From an uncultured Methanobrevibacter sp. (GTDB lineage Archaea > Methanobacteriota > Methanobacteria > Methanobacteriales > Methanobacteriaceae), in contig ONYG01000232.1 of assembly GCA_900321995.1 (NCBI GenBank), forward strand, positions 1 through 56,293: 56,293 nucleotides of DNA, read 5' to 3'. The notes below the pieces were generated by a model. That model was not told the DNA's origin. It searched no databases and saw only the letters and a list, made by a program, of their open reading frames with translations. Every line of letters begins with the position of its first letter. Position 1 is the stretch's first letter. Positions 1 through 10,492 of the stretch are shown here, piece after piece. The translations under genes and the position numbers were made by a program.

Positions 1-206
1 TCTTGAGCAAGTGCAATAGCTAAATCTGCTTCAGTAACAGTATCCATTGCAGCACTCATAATTGGGATATTCAATTCAATGTCTTTAGTTAAGCGTACTT
101 TAGTGTCTACATCTTTTGCCTCAATCCATGAAGCGTTAGGAACTAATAAGAAATCATCATAAGTGTAACCAGGTTTTGCATTATAAATTTTATCTGAGTA
201 ATTCAT
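1..206 (-). CDS. guaB: IMP dehydrogenase, N-terminal part (runs off the window edge)
   Basis: Manual translation from ATG at 206 gives [26 protein letters not shown]...[25 protein letters not shown], with the IMPDH motifs TYDDxLLVP and PxxSAxMDTVTE. GGAGG RBS lies upstream. Not in the ORF track. Confidence 0.95.
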   Translation of the reverse strand, partial: MNYSDKIYNAKPGYTYDDFLLVPNASWIEAKDVDTKVRLTKDIELNIPIMSAAMDTVTEADLAIALAQ

Positions 207-309
207 ATTTAACCTCCTTGAACTTTTTAGTAATATCGAATAATAATTAAAGCTAAAAAACTTTTAATAGCATTTTAATAATGAAATAAATTAAAAAAAT
301 ATTTTATTA

Positions 310-330
310 ATTAATCATTAAATGATTAAT
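310..330 (-). terminator. Inverted repeat immediately after the mfnB stop
   Basis: ATTAATCATT-A-AATGATTAAT abuts the stop codon and is followed by T-rich sequence on the minus strand. Confidence 0.45.
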
Positions 331-1047
331 CTATTCAAAAGATTGTACCAGCTCTTTTAATTCAGCAACAGCAGTTCTATCAATGTGGCCAGTGTTTCTG
401 TCTCCGCCAACACATGCAGCTCCTCTAACACCAACTACATCACAGCCAATATCATATAATGGTTTTAATTGGTCTTTTTTAACAGATCCTGCTAAAGCTA
501 CTTTTAAACCATAACTATGAGCTTCTTCAGTGAATTTTTTACAATCATCAATGTCCAAATAATCAAATAAGGTTTTTCCATCTTTAACAGCAGTGTCTAA
601 CATAGCTAAATCCGCACCAGAATCCCTAGCCACTTTTGGAATGTCCCATGGACTTACAGCTCCAACCCTGTGAGCATCAGCATAACCTGAAGCAACAACG
701 GTAGCATCAGGATTTGTGTCCTTTACAGTTTTAACTACATTTTTCATTACTTCGACCCCTTCTTCATAGTTGCTAGGGCCGTATAATCCTACTTTAATAT
801 AATCTGCACCGGATACTAAAGCACCCATAGCAGCAAGGGAAACAGTTCCAGGCTTGTATGGAACATCTCCTAAGGTTGCACTGACAAGCATGTCATCAGG
901 AGTAAGTTCTCTAATATCTTTAATTACCCAAGGGAAATTAGCTCCAAGGGAACCTTCTTTAGGATTTTTTACATCAACAATATCTGCTCCACCTTCAATG
1001 GATTCTACAGCTTCATCATGATTTATAGGACTAATTAATAAAAGCAA
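331..1047 (-). CDS. mfnB: (5-formylfuran-3-yl)methyl phosphate synthase, methanofuran biosynthesis
   Basis: LLISPIN...[30 protein letters not shown] and [10 protein letters not shown] motifs; TTG start with GGAGG RBS. Confidence 0.93.
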   Translation of the reverse strand: MLLLISPINHDEAVESIEGGADIVDVKNPKEGSLGANFPWVIKDIRELTPDDMLVSATLGDVPYKPGTVSLAAMGALVSGADYIKVGLYGPSNYEEGVEVMKNVVKTVKDTNPDATVVASGYADAHRVGAVSPWDIPKVARDSGADLAMLDTAVKDGKTLFDYLDIDDCKKFTEEAHSYGLKVALAGSVKKDQLKPLYDIGCDVVGVRGAACVGGDRNTGHIDRTAVAELKELVQSFE

Positions 1048-1632
1048 AAATATTCCTCCATAAATATAAAAAATAAAAAATTAATAAAGTATAAATTTAA
1101 ATTTATTTAGATCATATTTAATCAATTGATAAATCCAGTTATTTTTCTAAATTAAGAATTAATGAATAAAATATTGTAAAATAAATAGATTAAATTAGAT
1201 TAAATATTTTTTTATATAAAATTTTTTATATTTTTTTAAAAATGAATAATAAAAACTACTCTATAGAATTATTAAAACTTTTTAAAATATTAATATCAAT
1301 ATAAAAAATTTTAGATTATTTATAATTATATTAATAATCTTATAAAAAGTTTTAGTATTTTTTAAGTTTATTTTTGTAAAAAAATAGGAATTTATTAAAA
1401 ATTCTCACATATATTAATAAAAAAAGAAGAATTACTAAACCATATGAAAAAACCATAATAAAATGTAGAAGAATGCTTAAAAAACTTATTAAAAAAGAAA
1501 AATAGAAAATTAAGAAGAAGAATTACTATAAAGAACTATAATTAAAAAGTATAATAAAAAACAGAAAAAATAAAAAAGAAAGGAGTAAAAAACTCCAAAA
1601 AAATATAATTTTATAAATAGAATAATCAAAGA

Positions 1633-1826
1633 TTAACTATTTTTAAAGTTGAACTATTTTTAAAGTTTAACCATTTTTAAAGTTGAACTATTTTTAAAGT
1701 TTAACCATTTTTATAGTTGAACTATTTTTATAGTTGAACTATTTTTATAGTTGAACTATTTTTTAAAGTTTAACCATTTTTTAAGTTGAACTATTTTTAT
1801 AGTTGAACTATTTTTTAAAGTTTAAC
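1633..1826. repeat. Tandem array of ~11 copies of a 17-18 bp unit, TT(G/T)AAC(T/C)ATTTTTA(A/T)AG
   Basis: Units read directly at 1633, 1649, 1666, 1683, 1700, 1717, 1734, 1751, 1769, 1786 and 1803. The last unit contains the adhesin stop codon. Confidence 0.95.
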
Positions 1827-4800
1827 TTTCTAAAATTTAGAGAAAACAAAGCAAATATAGTTAAAACTAATATAGCTAAAGGATTTCCAGTCTTTTTCAT
1901 TGGAATTTTTTTTGCTTTTTTGCTTGAAACAATATTATCATTCTTAACCTTATTAGACTTATTAAGTTTATTATTAGCCTTATTATTAGTTTTATCATTA
2001 ATCTTATCATTAAGCTTTTTTATTTTATTAGATTTATTAACAGTAGTGTTATCTAATACCGGATCCTCTTTAAGGGGAATGACATTCACTGCAGCATAAT
2101 CATAGTTATTGGATTCATCTGAATCTAATGTGGAACTATTTACACTCACATTAGAAATAGCCACTCCTTCTTTTAATGCTTTTGTAGATAAAATTAACAT
2201 GATTGTTTCATTTCTAGCTAAATCACCAATATTCCAATTTAAATTTAAGCTGGAATCATCACCATTATTTTCTAAAGTTCCCTTATCCAAATCAAAGCCG
2301 ATGAAATCTAATCCTTCAGGAATGTTTAGATTTGCAATTACATCACTTGCAGTATCAGGACCTTTATTGCTTAAGGTGACAATCCAATTCACCACATCGT
2401 CCTTATATACAGTTTCCCTATCTGGAACTATGCTTACATCCAAGTCACAAAGTGGGCGAGTTTCCAAGTTATCTTCATCATAATTATTGGACTTGTTTAA
2501 CTCATAAGTGCTTGTATCAACATTAGCTGTAACGGTAATATTCTCATTGGACTTGTTTACTTCAGTTGCTAATTTTAATACAATTTGGCTATTTTTAGCC
2601 AAGTCACCTATATGCCACTGGCTAGTTTCACCATTAAAAACATAATTACTTGAATTATTATCTTGAGAGCCTATTAAAATCAATCCTAAGTCACTTAGAT
2701 TGTCCAAGGATACAATAACATCAGATGCATCATCAGGACCATCATTTCTCACAATAATAGTCCATTCAACAATATCACCTTTATTAACAGTGCCATTAGA
2801 TACAGAAATGTCTATCAATAAATCGCATAATGGATTTACTCTTAAAATATCCTCATCAATATTATTGCTCTTATTTAGCTCAAAAGTGTCACTGTCCACA
2901 ACTGCTTCAATAGGTATGGTTTCATTAGACACATTTGCTTGAGTTGTGATTATAAGATCAACTGAATCTCCCGGAGCCAAATCATCAATAAACCATTCGC
3001 CATCATTGAAAGTTTCATTAGAAATGTCTTTAACTATTAGTCCTAATGGTTCCAATTCAGTTAAATCAAGACTAATATTTTGAGCAGGGTCAGGTCCATC
3101 GTTTCTTATGGTAATCGTCCAGTTTACAAGGTCTCCATTATTGACTGTGTCATTAGAGACTTTAATATCAACAATCAAATCACATAAAGGATTGATAATC
3201 AAATCATCATTGTCATAATTGTTATCCTTTATTATCTCAAAAGTGCTTGTATTGACGATTGCTTCAACATTTAATGTCTCATCTGAAACATTTGCCTTTG
3301 TAGTAATTGTTAAATTAGCATTTTCATTATTATCTAAATCACCAATAATCCATTCATAAGTTTCTGGATTGAAATCATCATCTGAAATGTTTAATATAAT
3401 TAAACCTAATGACTCTAAATCACTTAAATCAACAATTACATCTTGACCATTATCTGGACCATCATTAGTCACTCTTATTGTCCAATTAACAGCATCATCC
3501 TTATTGATAGGACTTTCTGAGGCATAAATGTCAATGATCAAATCACATAAAGGATTAACAAATAGGGAATCCTCATCAATGTTATTTTCCTTATTAGGCT
3601 CATAAGTGCTTGTATCAACAATTCCATTTAGCAAAATATCTTCATCAGATGCATTTACTTTTGTAAAAATCACCAATTCGCGGCAATCGCCATTATCCAA
3701 ATCACCGATAAGCCATTCATTGGAACTTGGGTCATAATTTCTATCTGAACTGTTTATAAGAACTAAACCAATGTCTTCTAATTCACTGATTAATACATTC
3801 ACATCTTTTGCCTTGTCTGGACCCTCATTTTTAACAATTATTGTCCATTGGACTATTTCGCTACTATTTACAGTATCATCAGACACATTCACGTCAATTT
3901 CAAGGTCGCATAATGGAGCAACATTTACATAATCATTGTCTTTGTTATTGTTTAGGTTATATTCAAATGTTTCAGTTGTAACATTAGCATCAAGGTTTAT
4001 TTTTTTATTTGATGCATTTAACTTGCTTGAAACAATAAAGCTAAACTTATCGCCATTGTTTAATTTGGCAATTTCCAATTTTTGATTCTCTAGATTGAAA
4101 TCACTATTGTTGGAAGAAATGTAAATTAAATCATCACCTAATAAGTCAGCTAAGGAAATAGACACCTTGCTTGCATCATTTGGCCCATTATTTTCGATTT
4201 CAATAGTCCAGTTGACTATATCTCCATAGTTTCCTTGATTGGAAGATGCCTTTACATCAATTGCCAAATCACATTCAGGGACTATTATGGATACATTATC
4301 CTTATTATTTGATTCGTTTGTGTCTTTTTCATAAGAAGAAACATTTACAGGATAATTTATAGGTCCTGCACTGACTGCTCTAGTGTTAATGGCTAAAGTC
4401 TGGTTTTCACCACTATTAAGGTTTCCTATAGTCCAAATTCCAGTTGATGCATTATAAGTTCCTATTGATGGATTTGAAGAAACGAGTATCAATCCTTTAG
4501 GAAGAATGGCATTTACCTTAACATCAGTTGCATTGTTTGGACCATAGTTAATTACTTTTATGGTGAACTTATTTGTCTTATTAAATTCTACAGTGTCCTT
4601 GCTTGAGACTATATCAACTCCAATATCAACAAGAGGAATAACCTCAAACTGATTAACTGTGTCTATCTCCTTATAATAGTCATCCTCTAAGTGTTGGGCA
4701 TAGAGAATATATTTTCCAGGCATTATCGGATTATCCTTTGAAAGATTAATGGAAATGTTTCCTAATATTCCTGTATTCAATGTTTTATTAAATATAACAT

Positions 4801-7138
4801 CGCCATCACTTATGGAAGATAATATATTGACAAATGAGTCTTTATCAGATGCTGAATTTCCATTATAATCAAATGGTTTAATGCTATTCAAATTATAATC
4901 AGAAGCAGAAATAGAATTATCTCTAAAGATTATAATATTAACCAATTGATTGTCTTCACGACTGTCTTGATATAATAGACTGCCGTTTTTGCTCTTTTCA
5001 GCACCATTAACCGGATGAATTTCATCATTACTTGTTAGTTTTTGACCCTTTGAGGATATATAGCTAACATTATAAAAGAAAATTTCATCCATTGAAGCAG
5101 TATTATAGATTGCATTTGCAATATTATTGCCACCTACCAAAGTTAAATCAATTAAAACATCACTTCCATTAAAATAAGAGACACTTGGTTTTACAGTAGA
5201 ATTCAATACATATGACCATGCCTGATTCCTATCGAAATCATCATTAGACAATACCATATTAAGTCCATCTGTATATATAGCAGATCCATTTCTTGCAGTA
5301 TTGTACCTGAAAGAAGAGGAGTCTATTATATTGTCATTTCCCTTAATGAAGACTGCACCTCCAAGACCGCTTAAAACATCACTAGGATTAGGCATAGCAT
5401 TATTATATATGAATTGGGATGAAACCAGTTTTGCGTTTGAACCAATAATATAGACAGCTCCACCATTTTTGCTGACATTGTTATCAGTGAAATTGCTTAA
5501 TATCAATGTTGTATTGGAGCCTTCAATAAACAATCCTGCACCGCTCTCTCCTAGATTTTTCATGAAACTGCTGTCATAAATGTATGTATTTATTCCTTTA
5601 ATATAGACAGAACCATTTTTAACATTGTGATTTGTAAAGTTAGAACCAAATAGATTAGCATTAGATCCAACCACATATATTCCAGCTCCATAATCTGCAA
5701 TATTTCCATTGAAGCTTGAATTTAGTACAGATACATCAGACCCATTAATCAATAAGCCTGCCCCAACATTTTTTGCAGAGTTAGCTTTGAAAGTGGAATT
5801 GATGATTAATGCATCATTTCCTACAATGAAAACAGCACCGCCATCACTTTGACTTGCCTTATTTTCTTCAAATTTAGAATTAGTCACTTTAACATTGTTT
5901 CCTTTAATCTGTATAGCTCCACCCATTGGAGCAGAGTTATTTATAAAAGTACAATCAGTTATGTTAACGCTAATGTCATTTGCATCGAATCCAGTGCTTA
6001 TGGCACCTCCATATTCACCAGCTCTATTATTGATGAATGTGCAGTTTATGATTTCTCCATCGCTGTGAAGGGTGGTTGCCCCTCCAACCTTATTGCAGTA
6101 ATTGTTAATAAATAAAGAGCCATATACCTTAATTCCTGGGCGGAAGCATAAAGCACCTGCATGAGTGCTATCTGAGTTTGAAATAACAGTATTGTTAATG
6201 AAACTACAGTTTATCACATATCCCTCATTCATGCCGCTTACTGATTCTCCAATCTGCAAGGCTGCTCCATGTCCCTGAAGAGCCTCATCATTAGAAACTG
6301 TATTTCTTATGAAATTACATTCTTTTACAGTTGACTTTTGAGAGCAAATCATGACTGTGCTTGCATAATGTGCATTTCCATTAGTGAAATTACAGTTTAC
6401 AGCAGAAAAGTTTTCACTGCCAACACCAGTACGCAAATGTTGGTAATTGTCTTCAAAGCTACAATTAACTATAGAAGAGTTATTACCATAAAAATAAACT
6501 GTTCTGTTTATTCCATTGATAAATCTGCAGTTAATAAAATGAACATTACTGGAACGGATGTTGAATATGGCAGACATTTGTCTCCCATCAAAAGTTGCCA
6601 TACTGGAACCTCCGCTGATTGTAATTGCCTTATTTATGGTTATTGGACTTCCTGTACCAACATATGTCTTTCCATCTAGGTCAATTGTAGATTTTTCCCT
6701 TGCGTTATTGATTAAAGTCTCTAAATCACTGAATGTACTTGTTCCAGCACTTAAAGCGCTGGATTTTAAGGAAGTTTTCTGATTATCTTTTTCTTTATTA
6801 GATGAATCAGAACTTAAATCGCTTGAATTAATAGAACTAAGACTAGATTTAAGAGAATTCTCATCTGAGTCAATAGAATTTAGATTTGAATCTAAATTAG
6901 ACAACTCATTCACAGATTCTACACAATCCTTATCTTCACTAAAAATTCTTAAATTATTCATAGCATCATTTAAATTTGTTTTAGAAGATTCAGACTGTGA
7001 AATAGATGCAGTTTGATTTAAATCATGTAATGCTTGATTATCAGCAATACTATTTTCTAAATCCACTGCACTAACAGTTGAAAATGTTAATAAAACACAG
7101 CAAATAAAACAAATTAAATAAATTAATTTAAATTTCAC
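1808..7138 (-). CDS. Adhesin-like surface protein: signal peptide, parallel beta-helix (GGAI/FxxN repeats), 7 DUF11-like Ig repeats, C-terminal KTGNP-TM-basic anchor
   Basis: The ORF track gives 1808..7192, but GTG at 7138 follows a GAGGTG RBS and starts a signal peptide (KFKLIYLICFICCVLLTFSTVSA). Repeats have the form xDLxIDxxxS...WTIxVxNxGPDxA...WxIGDL. The C-terminus is IPMKKTGNPLAILVLTIFALFSLNFRK. Confidence 0.9.
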   Translation of the reverse strand: MKFKLIYLICFICCVLLTFSTVSAVDLENSIADNQALHDLNQTASISQSESSKTNLNDAMNNLRIFSEDKDCVESVNELSNLDSNLNSIDSDENSLKSSLSSINSSDLSSDSSNKEKDNQKTSLKSSALSAGTSTFSDLETLINNAREKSTIDLDGKTYVGTGSPITINKAITISGGSSMATFDGRQMSAIFNIRSSNVHFINCRFINGINRTVYFYGNNSSIVNCSFEDNYQHLRTGVGSENFSAVNCNFTNGNAHYASTVMICSQKSTVKECNFIRNTVSNDEALQGHGAALQIGESVSGMNEGYVINCSFINNTVISNSDSTHAGALCFRPGIKVYGSLFINNYCNKVGGATTLHSDGEIINCTFINNRAGEYGGAISTGFDANDISVNITDCTFINNSAPMGGAIQIKGNNVKVTNSKFEENKASQSDGGAVFIVGNDALIINSTFKANSAKNVGAGLLINGSDVSVLNSSFNGNIADYGAGIYVVGSNANLFGSNFTNHNVKNGSVYIKGINTYIYDSSFMKNLGESGAGLFIEGSNTTLILSNFTDNNVSKNGGAVYIIGSNAKLVSSQFIYNNAMPNPSDVLSGLGGAVFIKGNDNIIDSSSFRYNTARNGSAIYTDGLNMVLSNDDFDRNQAWSYVLNSTVKPSVSYFNGSDVLIDLTLVGGNNIANAIYNTASMDEIFFYNVSYISSKGQKLTSNDEIHPVNGAEKSKNGSLLYQDSREDNQLVNIIIFRDNSISASDYNLNSIKPFDYNGNSASDKDSFVNILSSISDGDVIFNKTLNTGILGNISINLSKDNPIMPGKYILYAQHLEDDYYKEIDTVNQFEVIPLVDIGVDIVSSKDTVEFNKTNKFTIKVINYGPNNATDVKVNAILPKGLILVSSNPSIGTYNASTGIWTIGNLNSGENQTLAINTRAVSAGPINYPVNVSSYEKDTNESNNKDNVSIIVPECDLAIDVKASSNQGNYGDIVNWTIEIENNGPNDASKVSISLADLLGDDLIYISSNNSDFNLENQKLEIAKLNNGDKFSFIVSSKLNASNKKINLDANVTTETFEYNLNNNKDNDYVNVAPLCDLEIDVNVSDDTVNSSEIVQWTIIVKNEGPDKAKDVNVLISELEDIGLVLINSSDRNYDPSSNEWLIGDLDNGDCRELVIFTKVNASDEDILLNGIVDTSTYEPNKENNIDEDSLFVNPLCDLIIDIYASESPINKDDAVNWTIRVTNDGPDNGQDVIVDLSDLESLGLIILNISDDDFNPETYEWIIGDLDNNENANLTITTKANVSDETLNVEAIVNTSTFEIIKDNNYDNDDLIINPLCDLIVDIKVSNDTVNNGDLVNWTITIRNDGPDPAQNISLDLTELEPLGLIVKDISNETFNDGEWFIDDLAPGDSVDLIITTQANVSNETIPIEAVVDSDTFELNKSNNIDEDILRVNPLCDLLIDISVSNGTVNKGDIVEWTIIVRNDGPDDASDVIVSLDNLSDLGLILIGSQDNNSSNYVFNGETSQWHIGDLAKNSQIVLKLATEVNKSNENITVTANVDTSTYELNKSNNYDEDNLETRPLCDLDVSIVPDRETVYKDDVVNWIVTLSNKGPDTASDVIANLNIPEGLDFIGFDLDKGTLENNGDDSSLNLNWNIGDLARNETIMLILSTKALKEGVAISNVSVNSSTLDSDESNNYDYAAVNVIPLKEDPVLDNTTVNKSNKIKKLNDKINDKTNNKANNKLNKSNKVKNDNIVSSKKAKKIPMKKTGNPLAILVLTIFALFSLNFRKLNFKK

Positions 7139-7640
7139 TGTATAACACCTCACATATTTGAAGAAAAACTCGTAGAAATTTTTAAAAATCATAGTTAATA
7201 CTTAAAGAAATTTTAAAACCTAAAAAAAGGATTTGAAAATTCATTAAACTTAACTGGAAAATATTAAAATAATAATTTAATCAACGAAAAAAAATCAATT
7301 AAATAGCAAAATATTATTAAAAAATTTCAATTAAAAATTTATTTCCATTGAGTTTTGCCTTCAAATATATGTTGTCACTTCTCATTAATAAAATAAACGG
7401 TTTTTATTGCTTTAATTTTGATTTAAGAATATTAAAATTATTTAATATTAAAATAATTTATTAATATGATATTTGTTTAATATTTTAAAATCAATTTAAT
7501 AGTTTTAAAATAATTTAAGGATTTTGAATCAATTTAGTATTTTAAAATAAATTTAATATGTTTATATAAATTTTTTAAAAGGAAGTCCAAATTGATATGA
7601 AAAAACAATATTTACATAGAATACATATAAAGAAATTTTA

Positions 7641-7847
7641 AAAAAAATAGTGAAAAGAAATAAAAAAAGTAAAAAAAATAGAATAATTTTAAGTAAATAG
7701 TGAAAATAAATAAAAAAAGTAAAAAAATAGAATAATATTTAAAAAAATAGTGAAAAGAAATAAAAAAAGTAAAAAAATAGAATAATTTTAAGTAAATAGT
7801 GAAAAGAAATAAAAAAAGTAAAAAAATAGAATAATATTTAAAAAAAA
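7641..7847. repeat. Four tandem copies of an A-rich ~50-bp unit directly downstream of the LUD gene stop
   Basis: AAATAGTGAAAA(G/T)AAATAAAAAAAGTAAAAAAATAGAATAAT recurs with TGAAA at 7651, 7701, 7751 and 7800. Confidence 0.9.
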
Positions 7848-9077
7848 CTAATAAGGAGAACCATTATCCTTAATGTTATCCCTTATTGACTTATGCTGCT
7901 CTCTTGAGAGGCCTTCCTTTTGAGTATCGTTCCTAAGGTCTTCAATTATCTCATAAGTTGGAGTCAAAACAGGACAGTTTTCTGTACATATGCCACATAA
8001 TGTACACATATATAAACCAGAATCAACACTTACTTCATTATCCTTAAGATATCTGCTTAAAGCGACTCCACGACCACCTAAATAACTGGAATAGCCATAC
8101 TCATTACCAACTATATTATAAACCGGACAGCTTACAACACAATTTCCACAACCGATGCACCATAAGCATTCATCTATAGCCTTGGATCTTCCATTGTCAA
8201 GAAGAATGACTGCAACTTTCTCAGCACCATACATATTCTTTAGAAGCTTTTTTTCAATATCAGCTGTCTTAGAAGGGCCAGAAACAATATTCATATATGA
8301 AGTCAGCGGTTTACCTGTAGCATAAGCTGTTTCAAGCTTTGCAATTGATACTGAATCCTCAATAAATGGAACCAATTTATCTATGCCTGCAACGATTATA
8401 TGAAGTTTCTTAGACTGGACAAAGCTAATGTTTCCTTCATTATGAACCATTAGAATAGCCCCATCTTCTGCAGCGATTGAATTTGAACCGCTTATTCCAA
8501 TATAAGACTTATGCATCAGCTTCAAGACATCTTCTCTTACAGCTTCCATAATAGGTCTAGGAACAGCCTCCAAATCCAAGCCCATAGATTCGTTTACAAT
8601 ATCTGCAATATCTGATACAGTAAGATGTGAAGCAGGACCAGTAGGATGTACAGGATCATTATCTTCTTTTTTCAATTGTAAAATACGGTCACCTAAGTCT
8701 GTTTCAATGACATTGATCTTATTTTTATCCATCAAATCAAGGAAATTTATTTCCCTTAAGGTATTTGATTTAGATTTAGATATATAAACCTTATCTTTAT
8801 CTATCTTTTCATTTGATTCAATTTCCTCATTAATTAAATCCATAATGATGCCTCTAGCCTCTTCATCATCTGCGGCCAAGAAACAATCGATATCATTTTC
8901 CTTAAAGGTTTTTTGAACAGTCTCCAAAAGTTCCTTATTGTTCTTGATAGCATCTTTTCTAATATCTATAACTCTCTTTTGAAGAGCTTGTATTTTAGGA
9001 GATTTTGAAAGAGGTTCTATCTTATCCTTAAGATTGGAAAAGATTTTTCTCATTGATTCTATTTCTTCTTCTTTCAT
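7848..9077 (-). CDS. LUD-domain Fe-S protein (LutB/LldF-like)
   Basis: KSKS, ETDLGD, NEGN and GPSKTADIE motifs, plus two ferredoxin motifs (CLWCIGCGNCVVSCP and CTLCGICTENCP). Confidence 0.85.
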   Translation of the reverse strand: MKEEEIESMRKIFSNLKDKIEPLSKSPKIQALQKRVIDIRKDAIKNNKELLETVQKTFKENDIDCFLAADDEEARGIIMDLINEEIESNEKIDKDKVYISKSKSNTLREINFLDLMDKNKINVIETDLGDRILQLKKEDNDPVHPTGPASHLTVSDIADIVNESMGLDLEAVPRPIMEAVREDVLKLMHKSYIGISGSNSIAAEDGAILMVHNEGNISFVQSKKLHIIVAGIDKLVPFIEDSVSIAKLETAYATGKPLTSYMNIVSGPSKTADIEKKLLKNMYGAEKVAVILLDNGRSKAIDECLWCIGCGNCVVSCPVYNIVGNEYGYSSYLGGRGVALSRYLKDNEVSVDSGLYMCTLCGICTENCPVLTPTYEIIEDLRNDTQKEGLSREQHKSIRDNIKDNGSPY

Positions 9078-9877
9078 TATTCTCCCTCACCATCATTAAT
9101 TAAATTAGATTCATTGAATGATTTTAAATCAGAAAAATCCAAAAAATTAGAATTATCCTCATTGAATGATTTTAAATCAGAAAAATCCAAATTGTTATCA
9201 TTAATCATTTTCAATACAAATTCAGACAAGTCTAATACTTCAAGATTCTCTGAATTTTGGCCAAGATTCAATTTGCAAAATGGACAGGCTGAAACCAATA
9301 TATCTGCTCCAGTCTCTTCAGCTTCTTTTAACCTTAATTTGGCTATTGAATTTGACAAATCTCCATAAGCAGACTTAACTCCCCCTCCTGAACCGCAACA
9401 TCTTGATTTTTCCTTAATGTTTTTCATTTCATTAAGATTTGAAAATGCAGATATTACGAAGCGTGGCGCTTCATATTCCCCTGCATGTCTTCCTAAATGG
9501 CAAGGATCATGGTAAGTGACAGCCAAATCTTTTTTATCGAGCCCAATATCATTTTCCTGGATTAAATAATCTAGTAATTGGGATATGTGAATAACATCTA
9601 AATCAGCACCTAATAAAGAAGCATAATCCTCTTTAAGAGTTTTATAACATCCTGCACAAGAAGTTAAAATGGTTTTGCCGTTTAAATCAGCATAAGTTTT
9701 CTCCATTTGGTCTATTGCATCTTCCTTAAAACCAGTTCTAAGCAATACTGAACCGCAACATTTCTCATCGTCCAAAGTTTCATAATCAATATTGAAAAGC
9801 TTTAATAGGCTTTCTGTATCATCACTTATGGAATTAAGTTTTTCTCGTGCTGTGCAACCTCTAAAATATAATAACAT
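9077..9877 (-). CDS. CCG-domain Fe-S protein (LutA/GlcF/HdrB-like), translationally coupled to the LUD gene
   Basis: YFRGC, KCCGS, TSCAGC, YHDPCHLGR, RCCGSGGG and SACPFC motifs; TAATG stop-start overlap at 9077. Confidence 0.85.
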   Translation of the reverse strand: MLLYFRGCTAREKLNSISDDTESLLKLFNIDYETLDDEKCCGSVLLRTGFKEDAIDQMEKTYADLNGKTILTSCAGCYKTLKEDYASLLGADLDVIHISQLLDYLIQENDIGLDKKDLAVTYHDPCHLGRHAGEYEAPRFVISAFSNLNEMKNIKEKSRCCGSGGGVKSAYGDLSNSIAKLRLKEAEETGADILVSACPFCKLNLGQNSENLEVLDLSEFVLKMINDNNLDFSDLKSFNEDNSNFLDFSDLKSFNESNLINDGEGE

Positions 9878-10162
9878 AATCTAACCTATCTTAAATATAA
9901 ATTTTTATTTAAGTTTCCGATATCAATGAAAACGTCTTATAAATAGTTAAATTGTCTTTTGTAGTTAGTATTTAATCCAGTTAGAATTTAAAAATAGTAT
10001 TTTTTAGATTTATTATTATAATTATAAGATATAACAATTAATCTAAAAAATATTACTTAAAAATTATAATCCAATTCTATAAAAATAATAATCAATTTCT
10101 AAAATAGATAATAAAAATAAAAAAATAAAGAAGTTATTCTTTATTTTCATCATCTAATTCAC

Positions 10163-10492
10163 TCATTCTTTATTTTCATCATCTAATTCAATCTCATTAT
10201 TTATTGCAAGTTCCCTTACTAATTGTGTCATGTTTTGATTTAGATTATCTATCTTGATGTATAATTTAAAGCAAGTATATGAAAGCAAACCAATTGCAAC
10301 TACAAGTAATAAATCCAGTCCTCTTTTAAATCCAAAGAATCCTGCAAGTGGATCACTTATTTTAGGAGCAAACGCAAAGAATATGATTGCTATCCATAGG
10401 ACAACCCATAATGCAAAGGTTGCAGGAGTTGATTTCTTGCTACGCACCCTATTATACATGAATGCCAGAGCGAAAATCATTACAAAAATCAA
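10163..10492 (-). CDS. DUF2304-family small membrane protein (the true start may be an upstream ATT near 10522-10528)
   Basis: Three hydrophobic segments, GFKRGLDLL and C-terminal TQLVRELAI; lies next to a GT2 gene, as is typical for this family. Confidence 0.8.
   Translation of the reverse strand: MIFVMIFALAFMYNRVRSKKSTPATFALWVVLWIAIIFFAFAPKISDPLAGFFGFKRGLDLLLVVAIGLLSYTCFKLYIKIDNLNQNMTQLVRELAINNEIELDDENKE

Noticed and set aside
1633..1826. CRISPR array
   Set aside because: Units are contiguous 17-18 bp repeats with no unique spacers, and there are no cas genes in the window.
1803..6782. Plus-strand ORFs inside the first adhesin (1803, 2109, 2700, 5849, 6338, 6558)
   Set aside because: Antisense shadows of a long coding gene with no RBS or family motifs.
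7641..7847. CRISPR array or ncRNA
   Set aside because: Near-identical A-rich tandem units with no spacers and no pairing potential.
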